NCBI GenBank assembly: GCA_046565985.1
Contig: JBKHXN010000044.1
Span: 9,944 to 73,943, forward strand
Direction: 5' to 3'
Origin: Gammaproteobacteria bacterium
GTDB taxonomy: Bacteria > Pseudomonadota > Gammaproteobacteria > Nevskiales > Nevskiaceae
Length of the DNA stretch: 64,000 nt
Under the pieces are notes generated by a model. That model did not search any database. It was given only the letters and a program-made list of their open reading frames with translations, and was not told where the DNA came from. Below are positions 35,827 to 45,193 of the stretch, piece after piece (the stretch's first letter is position 1; each line of letters starts with the position of its first letter). Position numbers and translations under genes: made by a program.

Positions 35827-38322
35827 ATGCGCTCGCTATTGCTCAGCATGTCGTACGGTCTGGCGTGGTGGCTGTTCCGGCCCTTCAGCCGGCTGATCCG
35901 CTACAAGACCGCGCCCGGCGCGCTGCGCGAGAGCCTGGGCCTGGACCCGTCCAAACCGGTGGTCTTCGTGCTCGCCACCCGCGACTGGAGCGATCTGTTC
36001 GTGCTCGAGCGCCTGTGCCGCGACCTGCAGCTGCCGCGCCCCAGCCGCACCGGCCTGAATTTTCCCAGCGTGGACCGCGCCGGCGTGGTGTACCTGCCGG
36101 CCCTGCTGGAGACACGGGTGCGCCGCACCGAGCTGACCGGGCTCATGGAGACGGCGATCGCCACGCGCGACTACGAGGCACAGATCGTGCCCGTCTCGAT
36201 CTTCTGGGGGCGTGATCCGGGCTCCGAGACCAGCCTGTTCAAGCTGCTGTTTGCCGACAGCGTGCAGGCCGGCCGCCTGCGCAAGCTGTTCATCATGCTG
36301 GTCAACGGGCGCAACGTGCTGGCGCACTTCGGCCTGCCGTTCTCCTTCCGCGAGTACGTGGACAAGAGTCCGGACGCGGCCACCGCCATCCGCAAGATCA
36401 CGCGCGTGATGCACTTCCACTTCCTGCGTGCGCGCACCGCGGCGCTGGGCCCGACCCTGCTGCGGCGCCAGGTGGTGATCGACGGCCTGCTGCAGACCCC
36501 GGGCGTGCGCGAGGCCTGCCAGAAACAGGCCGCCGAGCAGGGCGGCACGCCGGAGGCGGCGATGCGGCACGCCCGCCGCTGCGCCGAGGAAATCGCCGCC
36601 GACTACTCCTCGACCAGCATCAATTTTCTGGAGCGCTTCCTGGCCACCGTGGTGTGGAAGCGCGTGTTCCGCGATATTGACGTGCGCGGCCTGGAGCGTG
36701 TCCGCGAGCTGGCGCAGGGGCATGAAATCATCTACATGCCCTCGCACCGCAGCCACGCCGACTATCTGCTGGTGTCCTACTCGCTGTACCACGCCGGCCT
36801 GGTGCCGCCGCACATCGCCGCCGGCGTCAATCTCAACTTCTGGCCGGTGGGCGGGCTGCTGCGCCGCTGCGGTGCTTTCTACATGCGCCGCAGCTTCAGC
36901 GGCGACCGCGTCTATACCGCCGTGTTCCGCGCCTACGTGGAAGCGCTGATCAGCCGCGGCTATTCCATCGAGTTCTTCCCCGAAGGCGGGCGCAGCCGCA
37001 CCGGCCGCCTGCTGGCGCCCAAGACCGGCCTGCTGTCCATGGTCGCCGAGGCCGGGCTCAAGCAGCGCGCGCGCAAGATCGCCATGGTCCCGGTCTTCAT
37101 CGGTTACGACAAATGCTGGGAAGTCGCCAGCTATTCCAAGGAGCTGCGCGGCGCGGCCAAGACCAAGGAATCGGCCGAGGGCCTGCTCAAGGCCGGCAAG
37201 ATCCTCGGCAAGAGCTATGGCAAGGCCTACATCAATTTTGGCGAGCCACTGCTCTTGCAGGAATACGCCGACCAGCACCTGCCCGGCTGGCGTGAGCAGT
37301 TCCAGCCCGATTCGGACCAGCGCCCGGACCACTTCCAGCCCTTCATCAACGAGCTGGCGCTGGAAAACGCGCGGCGCATCAATGCCGCGGCGGTAGCCAA
37401 CCCCACGGGACTGGCGGCGGTGGCGCTGCTGTCCAGTCCGCAGCGGGCGGTGAGCCGGGAAGAGTTCGTCGAACAGGTCGGCCACCTGATCTGGCTGCTC
37501 AAGGGACGCCCGGCGGGCCCCTACCAGGTGATCCCGGAAACCTCACCGCGCGCGGTGGTGGAGTGGACGGCGCCGATCTCCCGCATCGCCCAGATCGGCC
37601 ATCCCTGGGGCGAGGTCTACGCCATCACCGGCCGGGACGCGGCCAGTCTCACCTACAACCGCAACAACGTGCAGCACCTGTTCGCGCTGCCGGGGCTGAT
37701 CGCCAACTTCTTCCGCACCCGTCTGCTGCTCAGCGAAGACCTGGTCCTGATGGGTGTGCGCGCCCTGTATCCGTTCCTGCGCAACGAATTCTTCCTGCAA
37801 TGGCCGCCCGATGCGATCGAGCCGGTGGCGCGCGAGTGGCTGGCGGTGATGATCGGGCTGGGCCTGATCGAGCGCGCCGACGACGGCCGGCTGCGCCGCC
37901 CGGAAGTCACCAGCCCCACCTATTCCAGCCTGGCCATGCTCGGACGCGTCATGGGGGAGACCCTGGAACGCTACTGCATGACCGCGCTGCTGCTGGCACA
38001 CGAGCGCAAGACCCAGCAGCGCCTGCCGCGCGAGCAGTTCGAGGAAGACTGCCGCCTGATGGCCGAGCGCATCGCCATGCTGACCGGGCGCAATGCCCCG
38101 GAATTCTTCGACAAGACGCTGTTCCGCGGCTATCTCAATACGCTGATCGAGATCGGCATGGTCAGCGAGACCGGGGAGAAGACCCTGGTGGTGGATGCTC
38201 GGATCGAGCGCATCGCCGAACGCTCGCTGGAACTGCTCTCCGACGAGGCGCGGCAGACCCTGCTGCAGGTGCTCTCGCGCCGCAAACCCGGGGCAGAGAC
38301 CGAGGCGGCGGTTTCGCTATAA
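35827..38322 (+). CDS. plsB: Glycerol-3-phosphate 1-O-acyltransferase
   Basis: PSHRSHADY (HxxxxD), AAGVNL, GAFYMRR and FPEGGRSRTG; 831 aa. Confidence 0.95.
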   Translation: MRSLLLSMSYGLAWWLFRPFSRLIRYKTAPGALRESLGLDPSKPVVFVLATRDWSDLFVLERLCRDLQLPRPSRTGLNFPSVDRAGVVYLPALLETRVRRTELTGLMETAIATRDYEAQIVPVSIFWGRDPGSETSLFKLLFADSVQAGRLRKLFIMLVNGRNVLAHFGLPFSFREYVDKSPDAATAIRKITRVMHFHFLRARTAALGPTLLRRQVVIDGLLQTPGVREACQKQAAEQGGTPEAAMRHARRCAEEIAADYSSTSINFLERFLATVVWKRVFRDIDVRGLERVRELAQGHEIIYMPSHRSHADYLLVSYSLYHAGLVPPHIAAGVNLNFWPVGGLLRRCGAFYMRRSFSGDRVYTAVFRAYVEALISRGYSIEFFPEGGRSRTGRLLAPKTGLLSMVAEAGLKQRARKIAMVPVFIGYDKCWEVASYSKELRGAAKTKESAEGLLKAGKILGKSYGKAYINFGEPLLLQEYADQHLPGWREQFQPDSDQRPDHFQPFINELALENARRINAAAVANPTGLAAVALLSSPQRAVSREEFVEQVGHLIWLLKGRPAGPYQVIPETSPRAVVEWTAPISRIAQIGHPWGEVYAITGRDAASLTYNRNNVQHLFALPGLIANFFRTRLLLSEDLVLMGVRALYPFLRNEFFLQWPPDAIEPVAREWLAVMIGLGLIERADDGRLRRPEVTSPTYSSLAMLGRVMGETLERYCMTALLLAHERKTQQRLPREQFEEDCRLMAERIAMLTGRNAPEFFDKTLFRGYLNTLIEIGMVSETGEKTLVVDARIERIAERSLELLSDEARQTLLQVLSRRKPGAETEAAVSL

Positions 38323-38393
38323 TCGCCGGGCCGTTCCGCACTCCGGCTGCATACACCCACATTCCGGCGTTCTGCCTTTTTCAGGATTTCCTC

Positions 38394-39116
38394 ATGCTCA
38401 AGCCTCTTCGTTTTCTGCCGGCCGTGCTGGTCGCCGGCCTCCTCGGTGCCTGTGCCCAGTCCGGTGATTCGGGCAGCTCCACGGCCGATCTCAAGACCGA
38501 CGCCCAGAAGTTTGGCTACGCCATCGGCGTGGACCTGGGCCAGTCCCTGCAGCCGGTGAAGGACGACGTGGACGTCGCCGCGCTCAAGGCCGGCCTGGAC
38601 GATGCCTTCAACGGCAAGACCCTGCGGCTGGATGAAGCCGCGCGCGACGAGGTGAAGGACACCGTCTCCGCCCGCATGCAGCAGCGTCAGGCTGAAGAGC
38701 GCAGCGCGCAGGCCAGCAAGGCGCTGGAAGAAGGCACCAAGTTCCTGGCCGAGAACGGCAAGCGCGAGGGCGTGAAGACCACTGCCTCGGGCCTGCAGTA
38801 CGAGGTGCTGGCCGAGGGCAAGGGCGCCAAACCCACCGCCGCCGACACCGTCACCGTCCACTATCGCGGCACGCTGATCAACGGCGAGGAGTTCGACAGT
38901 TCGCACTCGCGCGGCGAGCCGGCCACCTTCCCGCTGGCCAACGTGATCAGCGGCTGGACCGAGGGCGTGCAGCTGATGTCCCCGGGCGCCAAGTACAAGT
39001 TCTACATCCCGTCCGCCCTGGCCTATGGCGAGCGCGGCGCCGGCGTACGCATCAGCCCCAACTCCACGCTGATCTTTGAAGTGGAGCTGCTGTCGGTGGA
39101 AAAAGCCGGCAAGTAA
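38394..39116 (+). CDS. FKBP-type peptidyl-prolyl isomerase (FkpA/Mip-like), with lipobox
   Basis: LLGAC lipobox, GVKTTASGLQYEV, VHYRGTLING EEFDSS and VISGWTEG; ATG at 38394. Confidence 0.93.
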   Translation: MLKPLRFLPAVLVAGLLGACAQSGDSGSSTADLKTDAQKFGYAIGVDLGQSLQPVKDDVDVAALKAGLDDAFNGKTLRLDEAARDEVKDTVSARMQQRQAEERSAQASKALEEGTKFLAENGKREGVKTTASGLQYEVLAEGKGAKPTAADTVTVHYRGTLINGEEFDSSHSRGEPATFPLANVISGWTEGVQLMSPGAKYKFYIPSALAYGERGAGVRISPNSTLIFEVELLSVEKAGK

Positions 39117-39135
39117 GCCCGCAGCGCGGTTCCAG

Positions 39136-39162
39136 AACGGCCGGGTCTCCCCGGCCGTTTTT
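39136..39162 (+). terminator. Rho-independent terminator after the FKBP gene
   Basis: AACGGCCGGG-tctc-CCCGGCCGTT-TTT. Confidence 0.8.
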
Positions 39163-39611
39163 CATGGAGCCGGAGCCGTGCAGTGTTCGGCGATGGTTTG
39201 CTGCGCCTGAGTCTTGCGCCGCTCGTGCTCGGCCTCGGTCATGCGGGTGATGCCCCCTTGCGCATCCTCGATGCGGATCCGGCTGGGCGGGCGCTGCTCC
39301 AGCTTTTCCAGCTCGGCGCGAGCCTGCTCGCAGCGGGCCTGCGCCTGCTGGCGGGTCTCGGCCGCCTGGCCCTGCTCGGCCGCCTTGCGTTCACGGGCGG
39401 CCTGCAACTGCTCGGCGTAGCTCTGCAGGCGCTGCGCGCCGTCCTCGTCGGCCACGCCGGCACCGTGTGCCGGCATTCTTTCCGCGCGCTGCCCCGGTGG
39501 CGGGACTTGCCCATAATGGACCTGGCCGCTGGCATCCACCCAGCGATAGATTTCCGTCGCCTGGGCGGCGGCGCAGCAGAGCAGCAGTGCCAGGAGCAGG
39601 ATATGGCGCAT
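39162..39611 (-). CDS. DUF4124 domain exported protein
   Basis: Signal peptide followed by IYRWVDASGQVHYGQVPP; C-terminal helix with a Cys pair. Confidence 0.88.
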   Translation of the reverse strand: MRHILLLALLLCCAAAQATEIYRWVDASGQVHYGQVPPPGQRAERMPAHGAGVADEDGAQRLQSYAEQLQAARERKAAEQGQAAETRQQAQARCEQARAELEKLEQRPPSRIRIEDAQGGITRMTEAEHERRKTQAQQTIAEHCTAPAP

Positions 39612-39647
39612 GACAGGCAGTGTAGAGCGCTTGCAGGCCGCGCGGTC

Positions 39648-40721
39648 ATGATCTGGGTCACGGCTTGCGGTGTCTGCCTGCTGGCGGCCGGGTGCAGCGA
39701 GACCCCGGTGGGCCTGCTGGGCGATTACGAGCAGCGCGTGGCCCGCGTCACCGCCCAGCCACCCCCGCCCGCCGTGCGGTACGACACCCCCGCCTACCCG
39801 CGCCTCCGCGAGCGCAGCGTGCCGGCCCCGGAGGTCCGGGTCCGCTTGCTGGAACTGTTCGACTTCGAGTTCTGTGACCTCAGCCAGCTGATCGCCGAAC
39901 GCAACAGCATCCTCGACCGTTATGCCCCGGCCTCACGCAGGCTGGATTACGAGTGGCGCTTCGCCCACCGCCTGGGCCGCTGCCGCGAGTGGCTGGGGCA
40001 GGACCGCGACCCGGCGCGCGATGAACTGCGCGCGCGGCTGGACGAGATTGCCGCGATCAAGCGCGAGGCGCTGGGCCCGGCCTGGTGGGCGACGACCTAC
40101 GGCAGCGCCGAGTTCGAGCGCCACCTGTCGCTGGCCACGCCGCCCTTGCCATCCGACGTGTCGAGCGCGCCGCCGCTCGCGGCGCTGGATGCGCTGCTGG
40201 CCCTCGAGGCAGGGCAGGCGTCGCCACCCGACGGGCTCGATCTGCCGGCGCTGGAAGCGCAGTTGCAGCAGCTCGGCGCCAGCGCCTGGGGCGGCGCCTG
40301 GCTGCACGCCGCCGTGGCCCTGGGCACCACGCTCGACGGGACCGCCGCACTGCTGGAACAGGCCGCCGCCCGCCCCTATTGCCGCCAAGGCCGGCCCACG
40401 CCGGAGGCGCGCATCCTGCAGACCGTGTTCTGGAAGTTCTACGCCGGGCGGGTCCAGCCCTATCTGTCGCAGGTCCACCGCCAGGGCGAGGCCTGGCTGC
40501 AACGCCACACGGCGCTGCTGGCCAGCCAGCGCGTGACGCCACCGCCCGCCTTTGCCGACTACGCCGCGCGGGCGCTGGGTACCGGCGAGGGCTCGGTGTG
40601 GCAGCGCCTGGGGGCGGCACGCGAACGCCACACCCGCGCCTGGCAGGAACTGCTGGGGCAATGCGGCCTGATGCCGGACGCCGGACAAAGAAAAGGGGAG
40701 CCCGAGGGCTCCCCTGGATGA
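39648..40721 (+). CDS. DUF3080 family putative lipoprotein
   Basis: LAAGC lipobox and LSQLIAERNSIL..S..LDYE motif; ATG at 39648. Confidence 0.75.
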   Translation: MIWVTACGVCLLAAGCSETPVGLLGDYEQRVARVTAQPPPPAVRYDTPAYPRLRERSVPAPEVRVRLLELFDFEFCDLSQLIAERNSILDRYAPASRRLDYEWRFAHRLGRCREWLGQDRDPARDELRARLDEIAAIKREALGPAWWATTYGSAEFERHLSLATPPLPSDVSSAPPLAALDALLALEAGQASPPDGLDLPALEAQLQQLGASAWGGAWLHAAVALGTTLDGTAALLEQAAARPYCRQGRPTPEARILQTVFWKFYAGRVQPYLSQVHRQGEAWLQRHTALLASQRVTPPPAFADYAARALGTGEGSVWQRLGAARERHTRAWQELLGQCGLMPDAGQRKGEPEGSPG

Positions 40722-40734
40722 AACCGGCAGTCGT

Positions 40735-42093
40735 CTAGCGCGAGGCCTGCTTCTGCACGTTGCTCGGATCAAAGTACTTGATGTCGAACGTGGTCTCGTA
40801 GGTTTCCTCGTCCTCGTTGTTCATCGCCTGGGCGAGGTAACGGTTGTTCTGCATGTCGTACACCGTTTCCAGGATCGGCAGTGCGAAGGGCTTGTCGTAG
40901 GCCTGGATCGGGTGGGCTTCCTGCCAGCGCCACAGCTGGCCGCGACGGTCGTAGATGTCCACCAGCGAGATCTGCCAGGTGTCCTCGTCGATGTAGAACA
41001 CGCGCTTGGCGTAGATGTGGCTGGTGCTGGGCTTGACCGTACCTTCCACCACCCAGACGCGGTGCAGCTCGTAGCGCGCCAGGTCCTGGTTGATATGGCC
41101 TTTCTTGATGATGTCGGTGTACTTGTACTTGTCGCTGTGGATCTCGTAGGCGTTGTAGGGGATGTACATCTCCTTCTTGCCCACGAACTTCCAGGTGTAA
41201 CGGTCGGTGGCACCGTTGAAGGTGTCGGTCTGGTCGTTGGTGCGCAGGCCATCGGCACCGGTGCCCGGGTTGTCGTAGCCCACGTTCGGCGCGCGGCGCA
41301 GACGGCGCTGGCCCGGGTTGTACTGCCAGGCGCGGCGTGCTTCCTTGATCTGGTCCATGGTCTCGTGGACCAGGGTGATGGTGCCAGCCAGGCGCGGCGG
41401 GCCGAATACCACCTGCAGAAAGTAGATGGAGACGTTGTTCAGCTGCTCCGGCGTGATGCCCTTGCGGCTGTAGGAGAACAGTACGTCTTCACGGATCTTC
41501 ACCAGGTTGAAGTCACCACCCGGGGTCACCGCGGTCTGGTTGTTCCAGCGTACCGCGCCCTCGCCGCGATAGCGCAGCTTGTGATTCCACACCGGCTCCA
41601 GGCCGGACTTGGGGATCGGGAACGGGATGCCGACCACCGCACCGGACACACCCTCGCCGTTGGAGATCAGCTGGGCACTGGTGGCGTTCTTGAAGGTCGC
41701 GTCGTAGACAAAGTCCGGGAACGCCGCCGTGCGGCGCGTCTGATAGACGTTCATCTTGTAGCTGTCGGGGAAACGCTTGAACGTCTCGATCTGCCCGGCT
41801 GACAGCTTGGTCTGGTACTGCTGATAGTTCTGCGCGGTGATGGTGAAGACCGGACGGTCTTCCGGGAACGGATCACAGTAACGCGTGCGCTCGCCCTTGT
41901 AGCAGGGCGGAGACTGCGCCAGTCCGCCTTCCCAGGCCGGGATGCTGCCGTCTGCATTGCCTGCACGCTCGCCGCCCAGCGGCATCAGCTTGGTTTTGAG
42001 CAGGGCAGCCTCTTCAGGACTGACCTTGGCCGCCACGGGGAGCGACATTGCGAGCGCCATGAGGGCTGCAACCGACGCGATTTGAATCTTCAT
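40735..42093 (-). CDS. DUF1329 family exported protein
   Basis: Signal peptide, LMPLGGERAGNADGSIPAWEGG, AWQYNPGQRRLRRAP and ELHRVWVVEGT; strong GGAGG SD. Confidence 0.92.
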   Translation of the reverse strand: MKIQIASVAALMALAMSLPVAAKVSPEEAALLKTKLMPLGGERAGNADGSIPAWEGGLAQSPPCYKGERTRYCDPFPEDRPVFTITAQNYQQYQTKLSAGQIETFKRFPDSYKMNVYQTRRTAAFPDFVYDATFKNATSAQLISNGEGVSGAVVGIPFPIPKSGLEPVWNHKLRYRGEGAVRWNNQTAVTPGGDFNLVKIREDVLFSYSRKGITPEQLNNVSIYFLQVVFGPPRLAGTITLVHETMDQIKEARRAWQYNPGQRRLRRAPNVGYDNPGTGADGLRTNDQTDTFNGATDRYTWKFVGKKEMYIPYNAYEIHSDKYKYTDIIKKGHINQDLARYELHRVWVVEGTVKPSTSHIYAKRVFYIDEDTWQISLVDIYDRRGQLWRWQEAHPIQAYDKPFALPILETVYDMQNNRYLAQAMNNEDEETYETTFDIKYFDPSNVQKQASR

Positions 42094-42136
42094 GTTTCCT
42101 CCAACCAGATTGATATTGTGCGCAGACCGAAAACTA

Positions 42137-42176
42137 GCAGACTGAACCTTAAGACAGACTGAACCTTAAGGCAGAT
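42137..42176. repeat. 17-bp-period tandem direct repeat upstream of DUF1329
   Basis: CAGACTGAACCTTAAG at 42138-42153 and 42155-42170, followed by a partial third copy GCAGAT. Confidence 0.85.
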
Positions 42177-42207
42177 TCAGCGCCCGCGCCACCGCGCAGG
42201 CCGCCGC

Positions 42208-42669
42208 TCAGGGCGCTGTACCCAGCGGTTTGCTCAACCGCAGCCCGTCAGCGCCGTCGTCGTAATAACCCGGCAACGACCGCTCCACAGCGTATCCCAA
42301 ATCCGCGTAGAGGGCTCTGGCCGCGGCGTTGTCCGCCCGCACCTCCAGCACCAGCATGCGCAGACCGGCCTGCACGGCCAGCGCCTCGGCCTGCCGGACC
42401 AGCCGGGCACCGAGCCCCTGGCCACGGGCCGCCGGGGCCACCACCAGCGAATACAGACGGCCGCGCCGGCTGCCTGCACGGGTGAGCAGGATCAGCGCCC
42501 CGCAGATGGCCTGCTGCCGTTCCGCCACCCAGACACGGGCGCCGGGGGAGCGCAGAAAGCGGCGCAGGGCGGCGCGGCTCAGGCGGTCGGAAGGAAAATG
42601 CTGCTCCAGGGCCAGCAGGCCCGGCACGTCGCCCGGCCCGGCCGGGCGCAGGCGTGGCGTGACGCTCAT
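42208..42669 (-). CDS. RimI-like GNAT acetyltransferase
   Basis: LYSLVVAPAARGQGLG acetyl-CoA motif, LEVRADNAAARALY and YYDDGADGLRL. The ATG overlaps the upstream stop (ATGA). Confidence 0.9.
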   Translation of the reverse strand: MSVTPRLRPAGPGDVPGLLALEQHFPSDRLSRAALRRFLRSPGARVWVAERQQAICGALILLTRAGSRRGRLYSLVVAPAARGQGLGARLVRQAEALAVQAGLRMLVLEVRADNAAARALYADLGYAVERSLPGYYDDGADGLRLSKPLGTAP

Positions 42670-44126
42670 GTGCGGGTACGCGCCTCGAGGCGGGCGATGA
42701 AATATTCCATGATGCGGCGGTACAGCGCCTCCTTGAGCACCAGGTCTTCCACCCCGAAGTCGATGTTGGGGTTGTCGTTGACCTCGATCACCTTGACCAG
42801 CCTGCCGAACTGCTTGAGGTCCACGCCGTACAGGCCCTGCCCCACGGCACGCGCCGCCTGCACGGCAATCTGCAGCACCTGCGGCGGCACGTCCTTCACG
42901 TCCAGGGTCTCGTGGTTGCCTTCGTGCTTGGCGCCCTTGTCGTCGCGCTTGACCACCTGCCAATGGTCCTTGGCCATGTAATAGCGGCAGGCGTACAGCG
43001 GCTGGCCGTTGAGCACGCCGACCCGCCAGTCGTACTCGGTGGGCTCGAAGCTCTGGGCGATGATCAGGTCGGAGCGCTCCAGCATGTCGCGCGTCAGGCG
43101 GCGCAGCTCGGTCTCGTCTTCCACCTTGATGACCCCGCGCGAGAACTGGGAGTCCGGCTGCTTGAGCACGCAGGGGAAGCCCAGCGTCTTCGCCACCTCG
43201 CCCACGTTCTTGCTGTGGATCAGCAGGGTGCGCGGCTGGGGGATGCGGTGACGTTCCATGAGCTGCGCCAGGAACACCTTGTTGGCGGCGCGCAGGATCG
43301 ACAGCGGATCGTCCACTACCACCAAGCCTTCGCGTGCGGCGCGGCGGGCAAAGCGGTAGGTATGGTGGTTGACCGCGGTGGTCTCGCGGATGAACAGGGC
43401 GTCGAACTCGGCGACATGGCCGTAGTCGCCCTTGTCGAGAAATTCCACATCAAACCCCAGGTCCTCCGCCGCCTTCTCGAACTGCTTGAGCGCGCGCGGG
43501 TTGGACGGGGCTTCCTTGTCCTCGTCGTTGATGAGGATGGCGAGGTCGTAGCGCGAGGCCTCGCGCTTGGTGCGCGGCGCGCGCTTGAGCGTGAAGTAGT
43601 CGGCCGCCGCCTCGAACAGGAATTCGCGATGGCTCTCCGGCACTTCGCCGAGCGCAATGGGCGACAGCGAATCGGTGCGCCACTCGTCGCCACGCCAGAC
43701 GAACTCCGCCTGCAGCAGCGGCGCGGGGAACAGATTGAACAGGGCGCGTGACAGGCGCTCGTGGCGCTTGGCCAGGCTGCGCCCGAAGTACACGTTCATC
43801 ACGTAGCGTTCGGAGCCGATGCGCGACAGCGACTTCTGCAGCAGCTCCTCGATCTCGTCGTTGAGATAACGCGGGCTCTCGGCGAGCTTGAGATCCTGGA
43901 TGGTGTCGATCTCGGGCAGCGGCTTGTGGCCGCGCGCGCCCGCCAGCAGCGAGACGTAGTAGCCCGTGCTCTGGTAGCTGAAGGAACGGCACAGGTTGTA
44001 CAGGCGCGTGCGGCGGGCCCGCGTCAGGGTTTCATGGGTCAGATAATCCCAGGCGGTGACGACCTCGATGCCGGGGATGTTCACCGGCCAGTCGCTGCGC
44101 TGATCCACTACCACCAGGCCGCTCAC
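42666..44126 (-). CDS. RimK-family ATP-grasp ligase with N-terminal RLAN domain
   Basis: NLCRSFSYQSTGYYVSLLAGARGH (RLAN); LKQPDSQFSRGVIK, YDWRVGVL and GVDLK..VIEVNDNPNID (ATP-grasp). Confidence 0.88.
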   Translation of the reverse strand: MSGLVVVDQRSDWPVNIPGIEVVTAWDYLTHETLTRARRTRLYNLCRSFSYQSTGYYVSLLAGARGHKPLPEIDTIQDLKLAESPRYLNDEIEELLQKSLSRIGSERYVMNVYFGRSLAKRHERLSRALFNLFPAPLLQAEFVWRGDEWRTDSLSPIALGEVPESHREFLFEAAADYFTLKRAPRTKREASRYDLAILINDEDKEAPSNPRALKQFEKAAEDLGFDVEFLDKGDYGHVAEFDALFIRETTAVNHHTYRFARRAAREGLVVVDDPLSILRAANKVFLAQLMERHRIPQPRTLLIHSKNVGEVAKTLGFPCVLKQPDSQFSRGVIKVEDETELRRLTRDMLERSDLIIAQSFEPTEYDWRVGVLNGQPLYACRYYMAKDHWQVVKRDDKGAKHEGNHETLDVKDVPPQVLQIAVQAARAVGQGLYGVDLKQFGRLVKVIEVNDNPNIDFGVEDLVLKEALYRRIMEYFIARLEARTRT

Positions 44127-44276
44127 GCGGCACCTGTCACTTCAGGCAAGGGGTCTGCTGGGTCTTCGGGCATGGGGGCAAGGGGTGGCGGGAATGGCCG
44201 CGCGCAAAATCCTAGCAGGATTGCAGCACGCCGGTGCATGGGAAATGATGCATGCCCACCCGCGCCACGCCGACCG

Positions 44277-45149
44277 ATGTCCGCCACGCTGAGCGTCATC
44301 ATCCCCACCCTGGACGAGGCCGAGACCCTGCCCGCCCTGCTGGCCGACCTGCACGCGCAGACCGGGCTGGTGCTGCAGATCATCGTCGCCGACGGCGGCT
44401 CCCGCGATGGCACCCCCGGTCTGGCGCTGGCCGCCGGCGCGCAGCTGCAGACCAGCCCACGCGGCCGGGCGCGGCAGATGAACGCCGGGCGGCGGCTGGC
44501 CACAGCCGCGCACCTGCTGTTCCTGCACGCCGATTCGCGCCTGCCCGATCCGCAGCTGCTGGCCCGCGCCCTGGCCAGCCTGCAGGCCTGCGCCGATCCG
44601 CGGGTGGCCGGGCACTTCGGCCTGCGCTTCATCCGCCACCAACCCGGGCGCGAGCGCTTCTACCGGTTTCTGGAAGCCAAGACCCGCAGCCAGCGCCCCG
44701 GCACCATCAACGGCGACCAGGGCCTGCTGCTGCGCGCCAGCTGGTTCGACCAGCTTGGCGGCTTCGACGAAAGCCTGCCCTACCTGGAAGACCAGCACTT
44801 CGCCGCGACGGTCTTCCGCTACGGCCGCTGGCTGCTGCTGCCGGGCGAGCTGCATACCTCGGCACGCCGCTTCGAGCAGGAGGGGCACGGACGCCGCTAC
44901 GCCCTGATGGGCCTGATGAGCGCAATGCACACGCTGGGGCTACGCGCCTTCTTCGACGCAGCGCCGGGCATCTATGTGGCCCAGTCCGAGACCCACGAGC
45001 TGCGCCTGGGCCCCTACCTGCGGCTGGCCGCGCGGCTGATCGTCACCCGGCCCCGCTGCTGGTGGCCGCTGCTGCGCCTGGGCCTGGCCAACGCCTGGCA
45101 GCTGGGGCTGGCACTGCGCATCCGGCTGGGCCGCCACCCCGGCCGCTGA
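44277..45149 (+). CDS. Family 2 glycosyltransferase, TIGR04283-like
   Basis: SVIIPTLDE, VADGGSRDGT, GRARQMNAG, LFLHAD, GDQG and LHTSARRF; ATG at 44277. Confidence 0.85.
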   Translation: MSATLSVIIPTLDEAETLPALLADLHAQTGLVLQIIVADGGSRDGTPGLALAAGAQLQTSPRGRARQMNAGRRLATAAHLLFLHADSRLPDPQLLARALASLQACADPRVAGHFGLRFIRHQPGRERFYRFLEAKTRSQRPGTINGDQGLLLRASWFDQLGGFDESLPYLEDQHFAATVFRYGRWLLLPGELHTSARRFEQEGHGRRYALMGLMSAMHTLGLRAFFDAAPGIYVAQSETHELRLGPYLRLAARLIVTRPRCWWPLLRLGLANAWQLGLALRIRLGRHPGR

Positions 45150-45151
45150 GC

Positions 45152-45169
45152 GCTGTACACTTGTACACT
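45152..45169 (+). promoter_or_regulatory. Candidate FabR/DesT-type operator and -10 of the desaturase gene
   Basis: GCTGTACACTTGTACACT: a near-palindrome TGTACA-CT-TGTACA, 24 nt upstream of the desaturase ATG. Confidence 0.5.
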
Positions 45170-45193
45170 GAAACCCCCTCCCGAGACTGCCGG

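Noticed and set aside
44168-44192. Four-G-run motif in the rimK/GT2 divergent intergenic region
   Set aside because: A single minimal G4 motif is expected by chance at this GC content.
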